Source: Candidatus Marinacidobacterales bacterium (lineage in GTDB: Bacteria > Acidobacteriota > Vicinamibacteria > Marinacidobacterales > DATDRI01). Taken from it: a stretch of DNA of 64,000 nt. The stretch is taken from NCBI GenBank assembly GCA_965226495.1, contig OZ245365.1, forward strand, positions 480,001 through 544,000. Direction: 5' to 3'. Made by a program: the position numbers and the translations under genes. Each line of letters begins with the position of its first letter. The stretch's first letter is position 1. This document shows, piece by piece, positions 29,743 through 38,796 of the stretch. Below the pieces are notes generated by a model. That model was given only the letters and a program-made list of their open reading frames with translations. It had not been told where the DNA came from and ran no database searches.

Positions 29743-30717
29743 TCAGTAATCCAAAAGCTCACGAGCGGCGGTCTCGATCTTTTCTGTGCTTGGCAAGACG
29801 GCGTCTTCGAGTGGCGGGCTAAAAGGCACCGGAACGTCGAGCGATCCGATGCGCTTGACGGGTGCATCGAGGGACTCGAAGGCCTCCTCGACGATGATCG
29901 CCGCGACTTCGCCGCCGAAGCCCGATGTCAGGTGTGCCTCGTGAACGACGAGAGCCTTCGATGTTTTGCGCACGCTTTCGAGGAAACATTCTTTGTCGAG
30001 CGGGACCAAGGTGCGGAGATCAATGACTTCGCACTCGGCGCCCTCCTCGGAAAGTTTTTCCGCTATTTCGAGGCATTCGTGGACCATGGAACCATAAGTA
30101 ATGATGGTGAGGTCGTCACCCTCGCGTTTCACGTCCGCGACCCCGATGGGCACCTCGAAGTCCTCTTCCGGAACGTCCTCGCGGACCCTTCGGTAAAGGT
30201 GTTTGTGCTCGAAGTAGATCACCGGGTTGTTGTCGCGGATGGCTGCCTTGAGAAGACCCTTGGCGTCATAGGGAGTCGAGGGTTGTACGACCTTGAGCCC
30301 TGGGACGTGAGTGAACCAGGCCTCAGGGTTTTGAGAATGAAAGGGGCCGCCTCGGAACCCTCCGCCCGAGGGGCCGCGGAAGACGACTGGCATCGGAATG
30401 CCCCAACGGTAATGGCACTTGGCGGAGAAATTCACAATCTGATCGAAGGCGCAGGCGATGAAGTCGGCGAACTGAAACTCGACCACGGGCCGGAAGCCCT
30501 CGATCGCAGCACCGCAGGCGACGCCGACGAAGCCCGATTCCGAGATCGGAGTATCGATGACGCGTTCTTCTCCGAACTCATCGAGGAAACCTTTCGTGAT
30601 ACGGAAGGCTCCACCAAAGACTCCGATGTCTTCACCCATGAGAAAAACGGTCGGATCGCGGCGCATCTCTTCACGGAGAGCGTGGCTGATGGCATCTAGG
30701 TACGTTATGACAGGCAT
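29743..30717 (-). CDS. 2-oxoacid dehydrogenase E1 beta subunit
   Basis: GEDIGVFGGAFR, DTPISE, EFQFADF, HSQ, DLRTL. Start MPVITYLDA at 30717. Confidence 0.93.
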   Translation of the reverse strand: MPVITYLDAISHALREEMRRDPTVFLMGEDIGVFGGAFRITKGFLDEFGEERVIDTPISESGFVGVACGAAIEGFRPVVEFQFADFIACAFDQIVNFSAKCHYRWGIPMPVVFRGPSGGGFRGGPFHSQNPEAWFTHVPGLKVVQPSTPYDAKGLLKAAIRDNNPVIYFEHKHLYRRVREDVPEEDFEVPIGVADVKREGDDLTIITYGSMVHECLEIAEKLSEEGAECEVIDLRTLVPLDKECFLESVRKTSKALVVHEAHLTSGFGGEVAAIIVEEAFESLDAPVKRIGSLDVPVPFSPPLEDAVLPSTEKIETAARELLDY

Positions 30718-30728
30718 TTCGATGGCTC

Positions 30729-31784
30729 TCAGGGAGCGAAGAGTCCTTGGGTTACGGTGCTCGGGTCGGGATAGGGTAGGGCCTCCGCGTATTCGACGGC
30801 TTCGTCCATGCTCCCTTTGCAATCGGCATCGATCGCCTCGATCTCTTCTTTGGGGAAGCCACCCTTGCCGAGGAGGTATTTGGTGTAGAGGTCGACCGGG
30901 TCCCGCGCTTCCCAGTACTCGCGCATTTCTTTGGGAACGTAAGAGGCGTCGTCGTGCTCTCCGTGTCCACGCTGGCGAAACGTCTTGTACTCGACGAGGT
31001 ACGGGCCGTTGCCGGCCCGCGCGTGGTCGATGGCGCGGCGAGCGGCCTGGATCACGGTGAAAATGCAATTGCCGAAGGCGATCTCGCAAGGAATGTTGAA
31101 AGCGGGGGCCCGGTCGGCGACGTTTTCGACTGGCATCTGCCGTTCGTTGCCTGTCGAGTAACCGAAATGGTTGTTCTCGACGATGACGACGAGGGGTAAT
31201 TTGTGAATGGCGGCGAAGTTCAGGCCCTCGTAGAAATCTCCCGGGCTCGTGGCACCGTCGCCGGTGAAAGCGACGTAGACCCGCGGCTCTTTCCGCATCT
31301 TGAAGGCAAGCGCGAAGCCCGCGCCGGACGGAATCCAGGAAGCCATCGAGCCATTGTGATAGGGGGCGATGCCGAAGTTATTGAGATCGGCGAGAAAGAG
31401 TCCGAGGTCCCGGCCGTGACAAGGCTGCTCGTCTTTTCCGAGCCACCGGGCGAGAACGTGCTTGGGCTCGACGCCGCGGTAGAACCACGCCGCAAGGTTT
31501 CGGCCGACGGTACTAAGGTAGTCATCCTTATTAAGGATGCTCGTGACCCCGGTGCAGATGGCCTCCTGGCCCATTCCCAAGTAGACGGCTCCCACCACGC
31601 GGCCCTGGCGGTAGAGCGATGCGAGTCGGTGCTCGAACGTCCGGCTCATGCGCATCGCTCGGTAGAGCTTGATGAGGTCTTCGCGGGAGAGGGTGAGGGA
31701 GCCGGGGTCGAGCTCGGTGCGGTCCATCTCGGGATCGAGCGGCTTGAACTTCCAGCTCAGGGTCTTGGCTTTGGTGGTCCCCAT
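30729..31784 (-). CDS. 2-oxoacid dehydrogenase E1 alpha subunit
   Basis: GQEA, TPP-binding GDGATS...ENN, R.RGHGEHDD. Start MGTTKAK at 31784. Confidence 0.9.
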   Translation of the reverse strand: MGTTKAKTLSWKFKPLDPEMDRTELDPGSLTLSREDLIKLYRAMRMSRTFEHRLASLYRQGRVVGAVYLGMGQEAICTGVTSILNKDDYLSTVGRNLAAWFYRGVEPKHVLARWLGKDEQPCHGRDLGLFLADLNNFGIAPYHNGSMASWIPSGAGFALAFKMRKEPRVYVAFTGDGATSPGDFYEGLNFAAIHKLPLVVIVENNHFGYSTGNERQMPVENVADRAPAFNIPCEIAFGNCIFTVIQAARRAIDHARAGNGPYLVEYKTFRQRGHGEHDDASYVPKEMREYWEARDPVDLYTKYLLGKGGFPKEEIEAIDADCKGSMDEAVEYAEALPYPDPSTVTQGLFAP

Positions 31785-31954
31785 GTCGGGCTCCTCGAAG
31801 TCGGCCGCAGGTCGCGGCGCTAAAGCCAGGAGAGTATAGCACTCTCGATGGAGAGCCCGGAACATGGGTGCGCGGGCGAGCAGACTGCGGCGGGAAAGGA
31901 GGGAGGGGTGAAACGGAGGACGGGTTGGGGGGCCCGTCCGTCCTCCAAGTTTGG

Positions 31955-32217
31955 TTAGCAGCGGCTAAACATGTCGAACCAAGCGGTTTCCTTGCCACCG
32001 CCCGAACCGCCTCGAGTGACCTTGTAGTTCGAGGTGACTTTGTAGTAGCCGGGACGGATTTCATGGGGATCGATTTCACAGGTGAGCAGCCAAAAGTCGG
32101 AGGTGTTGACGTCGAAGGTACAACTGAATGTTCCTCCTCCATTGTTGAGCTTGTGTTGTACCTGGACCTCGATAGGGCCGCCACCATTGAAGATCAAGTG
32201 ACCAAAGAACATGGGGG
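31955..32217 (-). pseudogene. Probable C-terminal remnant (or short gene) of an unknown beta-rich protein
   Basis: Protein-like sequence FFGHLIFNGGGPIEVQVQH...YYKVTSNYKVTRGG...WFDMFSRC begins right at the 50-bp palindrome; a hairpin at 31915-31946 follows the stop. Confidence 0.4.
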
Positions 32218-32218
32218 C

Positions 32219-32268
32219 AGGGGTCAGATCCAATATTGTGCACGTGCACAATATTGGATCTGACCCCT
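32219..32268. repeat. Perfect 50-bp loopless palindrome (GGGGTCAGATC...GATCTGACCCC)
   Basis: aggggtcagatccaatattgtgcac|gtgcacaatattggatctgacccct. Confidence 0.9.
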
Positions 32269-32419
32269 TTTCTGTGCATTCCCCGCAATTCCCGATAACT
32301 TCCGTGCCGCCGCATAATCCCAAGGTTTCGAGGGCTCGAAAAAGCGTCTCTGATCGGAGAAGCGTCGTTTCGGAATCAGGACATTGATGGGAGAGCACAT
32401 TAACAATATAATAGTCAAT

Positions 32420-32653
32420 ATGAAGACAATAGCCATTACTGTAGACGACGAGACGCTGGCCTTGATCGACGACCTCGGCTCCTCCGCCAAGTTCCGGAGT
32501 CGCTCCGCGCTCGTGCGGGCAGCGATTCGGGAGTACGCCCAGCAGGTGCAGAGGAGCCGCGAGGAGGAGCGAGAGCGGGAGATCATTCGCAAGAACAAAG
32601 ACGCCTTGGACCGGGAATTGAAAGCGTTGATTACAGAACAGGCGCGGAAGTGA
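32420..32653 (+). CDS. Ribbon-helix-helix (CopG-like) antitoxin
   Basis: MKTIAITVD beta-strand, SRSALVRAAIREY; overlaps the toxin start (GTGA). Confidence 0.8.
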   Translation: MKTIAITVDDETLALIDDLGSSAKFRSRSALVRAAIREYAQQVQRSREEEREREIIRKNKDALDRELKALITEQARK

Positions 32654-32979
32654 AACGAGGAGAAATCTATCGTACGAAGGAATCTGTACCCGAGCGGGGC
32701 GGCAAGCCCGGTTTTTACGTGGTGGTATCGCGGGCCTTCATCGCCGCGAACGACGACGTCGGGACGGTTATTTGTGCCCCCGTCTACAGCAACGTCCTGG
32801 GTCTTTCGACCGAGGTCATCGTCGGTCCTGACGAGGGCCTTCCCAAGACGTGTTCGATACGCTGCGACTTTCTCACCTTGATATTCAAATCCAAGCTAAC
32901 GGGTTACGTGTCCAGACTGGCGGGAACTAGACTGGGGGAACTCAATAGAGCGCTGGCGCAGGTACTCGAAATCAACTAA
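32650..32979 (+). CDS. PemK/MazF-family toxin
   Basis: MKRGEIY, VVVSR, VICAPV, EGLPK.CSIRCD, L...L pattern; 109 aa; downstream of an RHH gene. Confidence 0.8.
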   Translation: MKRGEIYRTKESVPERGGKPGFYVVVSRAFIAANDDVGTVICAPVYSNVLGLSTEVIVGPDEGLPKTCSIRCDFLTLIFKSKLTGYVSRLAGTRLGELNRALAQVLEIN

Positions 32980-33124
32980 CTCATTGGTTTCAACAGAGGG
33001 TTTGAGACCCGGGTATGCCATCTCAATTCGTGGCGTGGCGTGCGGCAGCGGGTGTTCTCCATGGGTGTGCCAGCAATCGATTTGAACTAGGCGACGGCCG
33101 CTGCACCGAATGACGTGCGCGGTT

Positions 33125-33601
33125 TTATTTGAACAACCCCACCACGAGCACGACCACGCAAGCAATCACGAGTCCCGATCCAATCACTGCCAGCCCTTGA
33201 GTCACGCTGCTGAACGCGAGAGTCTGAGCCAGCACTCCCAGCGTAAAGACCAGGCTCCCCACGATGAAGAGCCGGGCGATGAGCAGCTTCCTCCCGTCAT
33301 CCCAGCCGATCCGGTGCGCGAAGAGGGGAATGATGAGCGCCAAGGTGCCGAGCTCGATGACGTGGGCGTGGAAGCTCACCTCGCGTATGTACTCGAAGGA
33401 GTTAGCGCGGAACGTCTCTATGCTCTCGGAAACGCCGGCTTGGTTACCGCCCGCGGCCTCGAAGAAGGACTGCGCGAAGGCCATGCCCATCGCCACGAGC
33501 GTTTGGTGCTCATCGAAGATTGCGTAGTAGACGCCGAAGATGAGCCCGATGAGCACGAGCAGAAGACCACCCACGATGTAGGTCTTGTTGGCGGATGTCA
33601 T
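33125..33601 (-). CDS. Four-TM membrane protein with HAH motif
   Basis: Start MTSANKTY at 33601 overlaps the upstream stop (ATGA); SFHAHVIELG motif; four hydrophobic helices. Confidence 0.75.
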   Translation of the reverse strand: MTSANKTYIVGGLLLVLIGLIFGVYYAIFDEHQTLVAMGMAFAQSFFEAAGGNQAGVSESIETFRANSFEYIREVSFHAHVIELGTLALIIPLFAHRIGWDDGRKLLIARLFIVGSLVFTLGVLAQTLAFSSVTQGLAVIGSGLVIACVVVLVVGLFK

Positions 33602-34692
33602 GACGTTCCTCCCCGGGCGTCGACGGCACCGGTATGTCGGATGACGCCCAACAGCATGCCCAAGAGCGCGGTGATCACGATGAATCCCGCGAGGTCGGCA
33701 ACGGCTCCGCCGTAAAGGCCCGACCAAAGCTCCGACTGCACCGCCACGGGCAGGAGAAAGCCGCCTACGACTAGCCACCGTGCCCAACGGAGCTTCCACT
33801 TGTCGGACAAGAAGACGAAACGCTGGGCGAATGCCAGGAGGATCGCCATCAGTCCGAACGCGATGAAATGGGCGTGGGTCGCGATGTAGATGGCCTTTTC
33901 GGCCTGGAGCCAATTGTAGTCGTGCACCGCTTGCGTGGCTGCGGGAACGTCATTGGCCATGGCGTGGGTGAGCGAGGCCTGCAACAAGCTCACATCCTTC
34001 TCCGCGTTGTCGTAAAGGCCGGTCGCCGCGTAGTAGGCGCCGTTGAGCAACCCAATCAGAATCAGCACCGCTCCCCATCGAAGCAGAAAACTCTTTGCGG
34101 GCTCGGCTTCATCGTCCTTGGCTACGGCTTCCACCTCGCCCTTACATCGGAAGTGACGGACCGCACCCGCGAATTGGGCGACCACGCCGACGATGAAGAC
34201 CGCGCCGGCGGTGTCGGCCACGATGCTTCCCCAGCCGATGGTCTCGAAGGGAGATTTCCAGAGGCCCAAGTAATAGATGGCGAAGACGCCAACCGGGAGG
34301 ATGAAAGAGGACGCCACCAGAACGATCGCCCATCTTCTTTTCCACGTCGGCCCGATGGCGATATAGGGCTGGACGAGCCCCAGAATCAGGCACAGATACG
34401 CGAGCTGGATCCAGTGCGTGTGGGTGTCCTTCTTGGTGCCCATGTTCTCGAGCATCTTGCCGATTCTCTCCATCGATCCGCCGATGGGCTCGCTGTTGCC
34501 AGCCGCCACAGCTTTTACGGCGTTCAGCATCTCCGCCTCGATGGTCATGCCGCTCTGGTGCAGGTGAAAGATCGCGAAGTATTCCCCGAAGAACATGCCG
34601 ACGATCGCGATCAGGATTCCACCCAAGATGAGGATGCGTGCGGGGGACAGCGGCTCGTTGAGAGTCAGCCTTTCGGATACGCCTCCTTGCAT
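33598..34692 (-). CDS. Eight-TM membrane protein made of two HxH four-helix repeats
   Basis: DTHTHWIQL and ATHAHFIAFG in equivalent positions; internal repeat W..RWA..LV...F.LPV; GAGG RBS before ATG 34692. Confidence 0.8.
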   Translation of the reverse strand: MQGGVSERLTLNEPLSPARILILGGILIAIVGMFFGEYFAIFHLHQSGMTIEAEMLNAVKAVAAGNSEPIGGSMERIGKMLENMGTKKDTHTHWIQLAYLCLILGLVQPYIAIGPTWKRRWAIVLVASSFILPVGVFAIYYLGLWKSPFETIGWGSIVADTAGAVFIVGVVAQFAGAVRHFRCKGEVEAVAKDDEAEPAKSFLLRWGAVLILIGLLNGAYYAATGLYDNAEKDVSLLQASLTHAMANDVPAATQAVHDYNWLQAEKAIYIATHAHFIAFGLMAILLAFAQRFVFLSDKWKLRWARWLVVGGFLLPVAVQSELWSGLYGGAVADLAGFIVITALLGMLLGVIRHTGAVDARGGTS

Positions 34693-34753
34693 GGACACCT
34701 CCTACGCTGGGGCTTCTATATCATCTTTTGTGCGACCGATCATGACTACCTGG

Positions 34754-35239
34754 TCACCGGTCGATGGCCTGCTGGAACCTTTCTGGCTCCTGGCTGCCGA
34801 GGAGCAGCCGCCGCGTACGGAAGAACAAGAAGCGTGCGTCTTTTGTCAAAATCAGCAAGAGCCTCCGGTTTCCTTTCATGGAATAGACTCCGGTGAACTC
34901 TCCTCGAAACTTTCCGCCACGAATTCCCCAACCTCCGAACTCACGAATCGGTCGATAGGTAACGACCTCGGTGCTTTCGACATCCTCGAGCGGTACGACT
35001 CGCTTCGGCCACCCCACGTACCCGAAACGGATCCGGATCGTTTCCTCCTCGACTTCGAACACCAGACGCCCGAAGAGGAGGGGGATGGCGATGAGCATCG
35101 CGCCGATCGGAAGAAGGACCAACAAAACACGTGGCTCACCCGGGTCGGCCAAGGTGACCACGAAGACCACGAGCATCGCAAGGTAAGCGATCTTCACGAT
35201 GGGATGGACCGAAACCTGCTCTTCGTATCGATAGGCCAT
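34754..35239 (-). CDS. Small membrane protein with PH-like domain (DUF6141-like)
   Basis: Two TM helices then YRPIREFGGWGIR and LLLGSQEPE. Confidence 0.7.
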   Translation of the reverse strand: MAYRYEEQVSVHPIVKIAYLAMLVVFVVTLADPGEPRVLLVLLPIGAMLIAIPLLFGRLVFEVEEETIRIRFGYVGWPKRVVPLEDVESTEVVTYRPIREFGGWGIRGGKFRGEFTGVYSMKGNRRLLLILTKDARFLFFRTRRLLLGSQEPERFQQAIDR

Positions 35240-35342
35240 AGAACTCGTGGCGCTTGAGCCGGCGCGCCTGGCGGGAGTTTACCATTTCTCCTTGACGCCT
35301 CCGAGATCGCCAAAGTAGTGTAGTGACCCTAAAGGAGAGGAA

Positions 35343-35738
35343 ATGGAAAAGACTCAGGTCAACCCGTGGAAGTGGCAGGACCAATACGGTTTCTCTCAGT
35401 GTTGGAAAGTAGACGGTGCCAAGTCACTCATCGTCGTGTCCGGGCAATCGAGCATGTCGGCGGACGGCGCGGTTCTACACCCTGGGGATTTCAAGGCCCA
35501 GGCACGGCTGACGTTCGAGAACATGCACACCGTTTTGGAACACTCCGGTGCGTCGCTCGAGGATGTCGTGAAGCTGGGCGCGTACTTCGTCGGCATCGAC
35601 ATGCAGAAGTTAATGGATTACGGCGCCGTGCAAGCGGAGTTCTTCAAGGGCAAGATGCCGGCGCAGACCTTGGTGGGCGTGGCACAGCTGGCTCTGCCCG
35701 ACATGATGCTCGAGGTAGAGGCATTCGCCGTCGTCTAA
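35343..35738 (+). CDS. RidA/YjgF family protein
   Basis: VSGQ, Q..LTFEN...VL...GASLEDVVK, PAQTLVGVAQLA..DMMLEVEA; AAGGAG RBS. Confidence 0.9.
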   Translation: MEKTQVNPWKWQDQYGFSQCWKVDGAKSLIVVSGQSSMSADGAVLHPGDFKAQARLTFENMHTVLEHSGASLEDVVKLGAYFVGIDMQKLMDYGAVQAEFFKGKMPAQTLVGVAQLALPDMMLEVEAFAVV

Positions 35739-35852
35739 GCCCCTCGATGGGCACCGCCGCCCGCAGATCGCATCCGCCGGACACGATGAGCAGATCTCCC
35801 ATTTTGCCTCCTTAGACTTTCTTGTGCTACGTTCACTTCGGGTCCAACCCGC

Positions 35853-36385
35853 ATGGAAGACATTTACAACTACGTGAACGGCCGCCTAGATCCGGGCGTT
35901 ACCTCGAGAATGTCGAGCCGGCAACGGGACAGGTGTACTCGAGGATTCCCGATTCCGACAAGGAAGATTTGAACGAGGCCATCGCCGCGGCACAAGCTTT
36001 TCCCGTTTGGAGCGAGACGCCGTCGATGGAGCGCAGCAGGGTGATGCTCCACATCGCGTAGCGGATCGAGGCGGTGAGCGAAGAGTTGGTCCGCGCGGAG
36101 TCCATCGATACGGGCAAGCCGATCTCTCTGGCCCGCGACGTCGACGTTCCCAGAGCGTCATCCAATCTCCGGTTTTTCGCTGGTGCGGCGACGCAGTTTT
36201 TCAGCGAGTCGCATGCGATGGAAGGCGGAGCCATCAACTACACGTTGCGCTAACCCCACGGGGTGGTGGCGTGCATTTCGCCCTGGAACCTGCCCCTCTA
36301 TCTGCTGACATGGAAGGTGGCGCCGGCTCTCGCCGCGGGTAACTGCGTGATTGCCAAGCCGTCCGAGCTAACACCCATGACGGCT
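35853..36385 (+). pseudogene. Aldehyde dehydrogenase remnant (2-aminomuconic semialdehyde dehydrogenase-like)
   Basis: [50 protein letters not shown]. Frameshift near 35890, TAG at 36059, TAA at 36251, truncated after about 36385. Confidence 0.85.
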
Positions 36386-36672
36386 GTCGAGAATCTTTTC
36401 TTCAGGTACAGGCGCACGCTGGGCGACAGCCTTCGTGCGTGCGGCTACGAATCCCAGAAGCGCGAGGCGATGATCGGGTCGCAACGTATTGAACCGGATG
36501 GCTGAGCTGGGCAAGCCCTGAGTCCCAAGCGATCGTCGAGGAGTAAATTGAACCGCCGAAAGTGAAGACCTGCGCCCGCACCGATTCATGCAACAACGCC
36601 CCTCGGAGGCCCCACACGTGATAAAAGAGAGGCCGAGTCGCGCGTCTCTATTTCATGGCAGGAGACACACAC

Positions 36673-37692
36673 ATGGGCGAGGAAAAAGGGAAGCTAACCC
36701 TCGAGGAGTTCGTGACCAGCCTCTACCATGGGGCGCGGGCGGACAATACCTTCAAGTTCCTCTACGGACAGCCGGAAGAAAAGCTTGACGCCTTTTTTCA
36801 AAAGCTTCTCCGGCAAGTGGTGGGAGCCGTCGATAGCGGTGACAGCGGGGCCTTAGGGGACTTTCTGCAGCAATCTCAGGTCGGCGGTTACACGTTTCCA
36901 CTCGACAAGCCTCCCTTCTGGGCTCCCAAGGTGCCGCAGGCCCCGGTCCCACTCGCCCGACTACGCAAGCCACTCTCGGAGGCGAGAGTCGCCTTGTTCT
37001 CGAGCGCGGCGGCGCGTCTCCCCGAGCAACCGACATTTCTGCCCGACGGGTTGGATCTGCCGGCCGCGACTCGGGACCCGATGAAATCGTTCGAACGATT
37101 TCCGAGCCTGCGCGAGATTCCGGCCGGTACCAATCCCGCACGCCTGGTCTTCGAGCACATCGCCTACGATTTGAACGCGGCGCAGCAAGACCCCAACGTC
37201 GTCTTTCCGCTGGATCGCTTCCGTACGCTTGCCGAGCAAGGTGTCATCAAGGTGGCGCCCAAGGCGTACTCCTACAAAGGGCTTTCCAACGTGCAGCACC
37301 TGGTCGAGACCACGGGGCCGGAATGGGCGGAGAAGGTGCGAGCGGACGGCGCGGATGCGGTGCTGTTGGTGCCCGGCTGACCCGTTTGTCACCTGTCCGT
37401 GGGACAGCTCGCGCGCGCCATCGAGACTAGTGGCATACCTACCGTGACGTTGTACATCGAAGCCTGGGAACCGATGGCCCGCTTGGTCCGTCCGCCTCGG
37501 GTGGTCACGACGCGATTCTTGCAAGGTCGGATCGTTGGCCCGCCGAATCGTAAGAACACCCAGCTGCGCGTTCTCGGGGACGCGTTGGAGTTCCTCAAGA
37601 ACGCCACCATGGACAACTGGTTGCTCCCGCTTCCTTTTACCTGGTCCGAAGCGCTTCGGGAGGGGACGCCAAGAAACGCCGGTCTAATTTAG
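36673..37692 (+). CDS. GrdB/PrdB-like (glycine/sarcosine/betaine/proline reductase selenoprotein B family) selenoprotein; Sec at TGA 37378-37380
   Basis: Continuous frame ...DPNVVFPLDR...DAVLLVPG-U-PVCHLSVGQLARAIETSGIPTV...PPR; UxxC motif; hairpin right after the UGA; GGAGA RBS before ATG 36673. Confidence 0.85.
37381..37410 (+). promoter_or_regulatory. Putative bacterial SECIS element
   Basis: CTGTCC-GTG-GGACAG stem-loop at 37393-37407, 12 nt after the UGA, with G in the apical loop. Confidence 0.65.
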
Positions 37693-37714
37693 GCACTAGG
37701 GAGGAGTAAGAACG

Positions 37715-38776
37715 ATGGGAAGATCATCGGTCATTTTGGAGAGTCTGCCACTGCCTATGCTCACCGATTTCGCTCAGAAAGCCGATGAGCACGGCTACGA
37801 CACGGTTTGGAAGCCGGAGATCATTTTCTCCGATACATTTGTTCCTTCGACTGCGTTTGCGTTGAAGACGAAACGTGTCCATATCGGCTCGTGCATTGCG
37901 GGCATTTGGGGGCGGAGTCCGGTGGTCACCGCCTTGTCGGCGAGCGCGCTCGCCGAGCTATCGGGCAACCGGCTAATCCTTGGGCTCGGAACGCAGGCGC
38001 GTTCGTACGTCGAAGGTTGGCACGGTTTGTCTTATGACAGACCACTCACTCGTGCTCGAGAGCTCATCACTGTCATTAAGAAGATTCTCTCCGGCGAAGT
38101 CGTATCGTTCGAAGGAAAGACGATGAGCCTCCAGCATTTTCAGCTTGCCCTAACGGGGCCGCCTCCCAAAGTACCCATCTACTTGGCGGCGATTGGGCCC
38201 AAGATGACGCAGCTCGCTGGCGAGATCGCGGACGGGGTGATCGGCTACTTTCAGCCCATCAACTACTTCCGTGACACCTTCCTCAAAAATCTCGAGATCG
38301 GGGCCAAGAAGGCCGGGAGGACGCTCGACGACATAGACATCGTCGTCGGACACCCGGCTTTGGTCTCGGACGATCCGAAGGCGGTGGAGTGGATTAAGCC
38401 GCACGTTGTCATGTTCGCCACCGCCGGCGGCTCCTCGCCGACTTACGCAGGTATGGTGAAGTCAGCCGGTTTCGAGAAAAACCTGGAGGGAATGTTAGCG
38501 GGCATCGCCAACGGGAGCATGGATGAAGCGGCGAGCCACGTGAGCGACGAGATGGTCGAAGCGATGACGCTTTGTGGCACCGCGCAACACGTCGCCGACC
38601 GCATGGACGATTACCATCAGGCGGGCGTGAAGATGACGCTGATGAATCCCGTTCCACCGAAGGCATACTTTCCGCTCTTCGCGGGGCATTTTCCGGAGAC
38701 GATGGAGTTCCCCCAATCGGACGTCGAGGCCTTCGTTCAGAACGTGGACGATATCGTGACCAAGGTGCCCCTGTAA
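37715..38776 (+). CDS. LLM-class (luciferase-like) flavin- or F420-dependent oxidoreductase
   Basis: GYDTVW.PE, RSPVVTA, LSGNRLILGLG, IYLAAIGPKMTQLAGEIADG. Confidence 0.88.
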   Translation: MGRSSVILESLPLPMLTDFAQKADEHGYDTVWKPEIIFSDTFVPSTAFALKTKRVHIGSCIAGIWGRSPVVTALSASALAELSGNRLILGLGTQARSYVEGWHGLSYDRPLTRARELITVIKKILSGEVVSFEGKTMSLQHFQLALTGPPPKVPIYLAAIGPKMTQLAGEIADGVIGYFQPINYFRDTFLKNLEIGAKKAGRTLDDIDIVVGHPALVSDDPKAVEWIKPHVVMFATAGGSSPTYAGMVKSAGFEKNLEGMLAGIANGSMDEAASHVSDEMVEAMTLCGTAQHVADRMDDYHQAGVKMTLMNPVPPKAYFPLFAGHFPETMEFPQSDVEAFVQNVDDIVTKVPL

Positions 38777-38796
38777 AACTGTAAGCCTGTCGGCTT

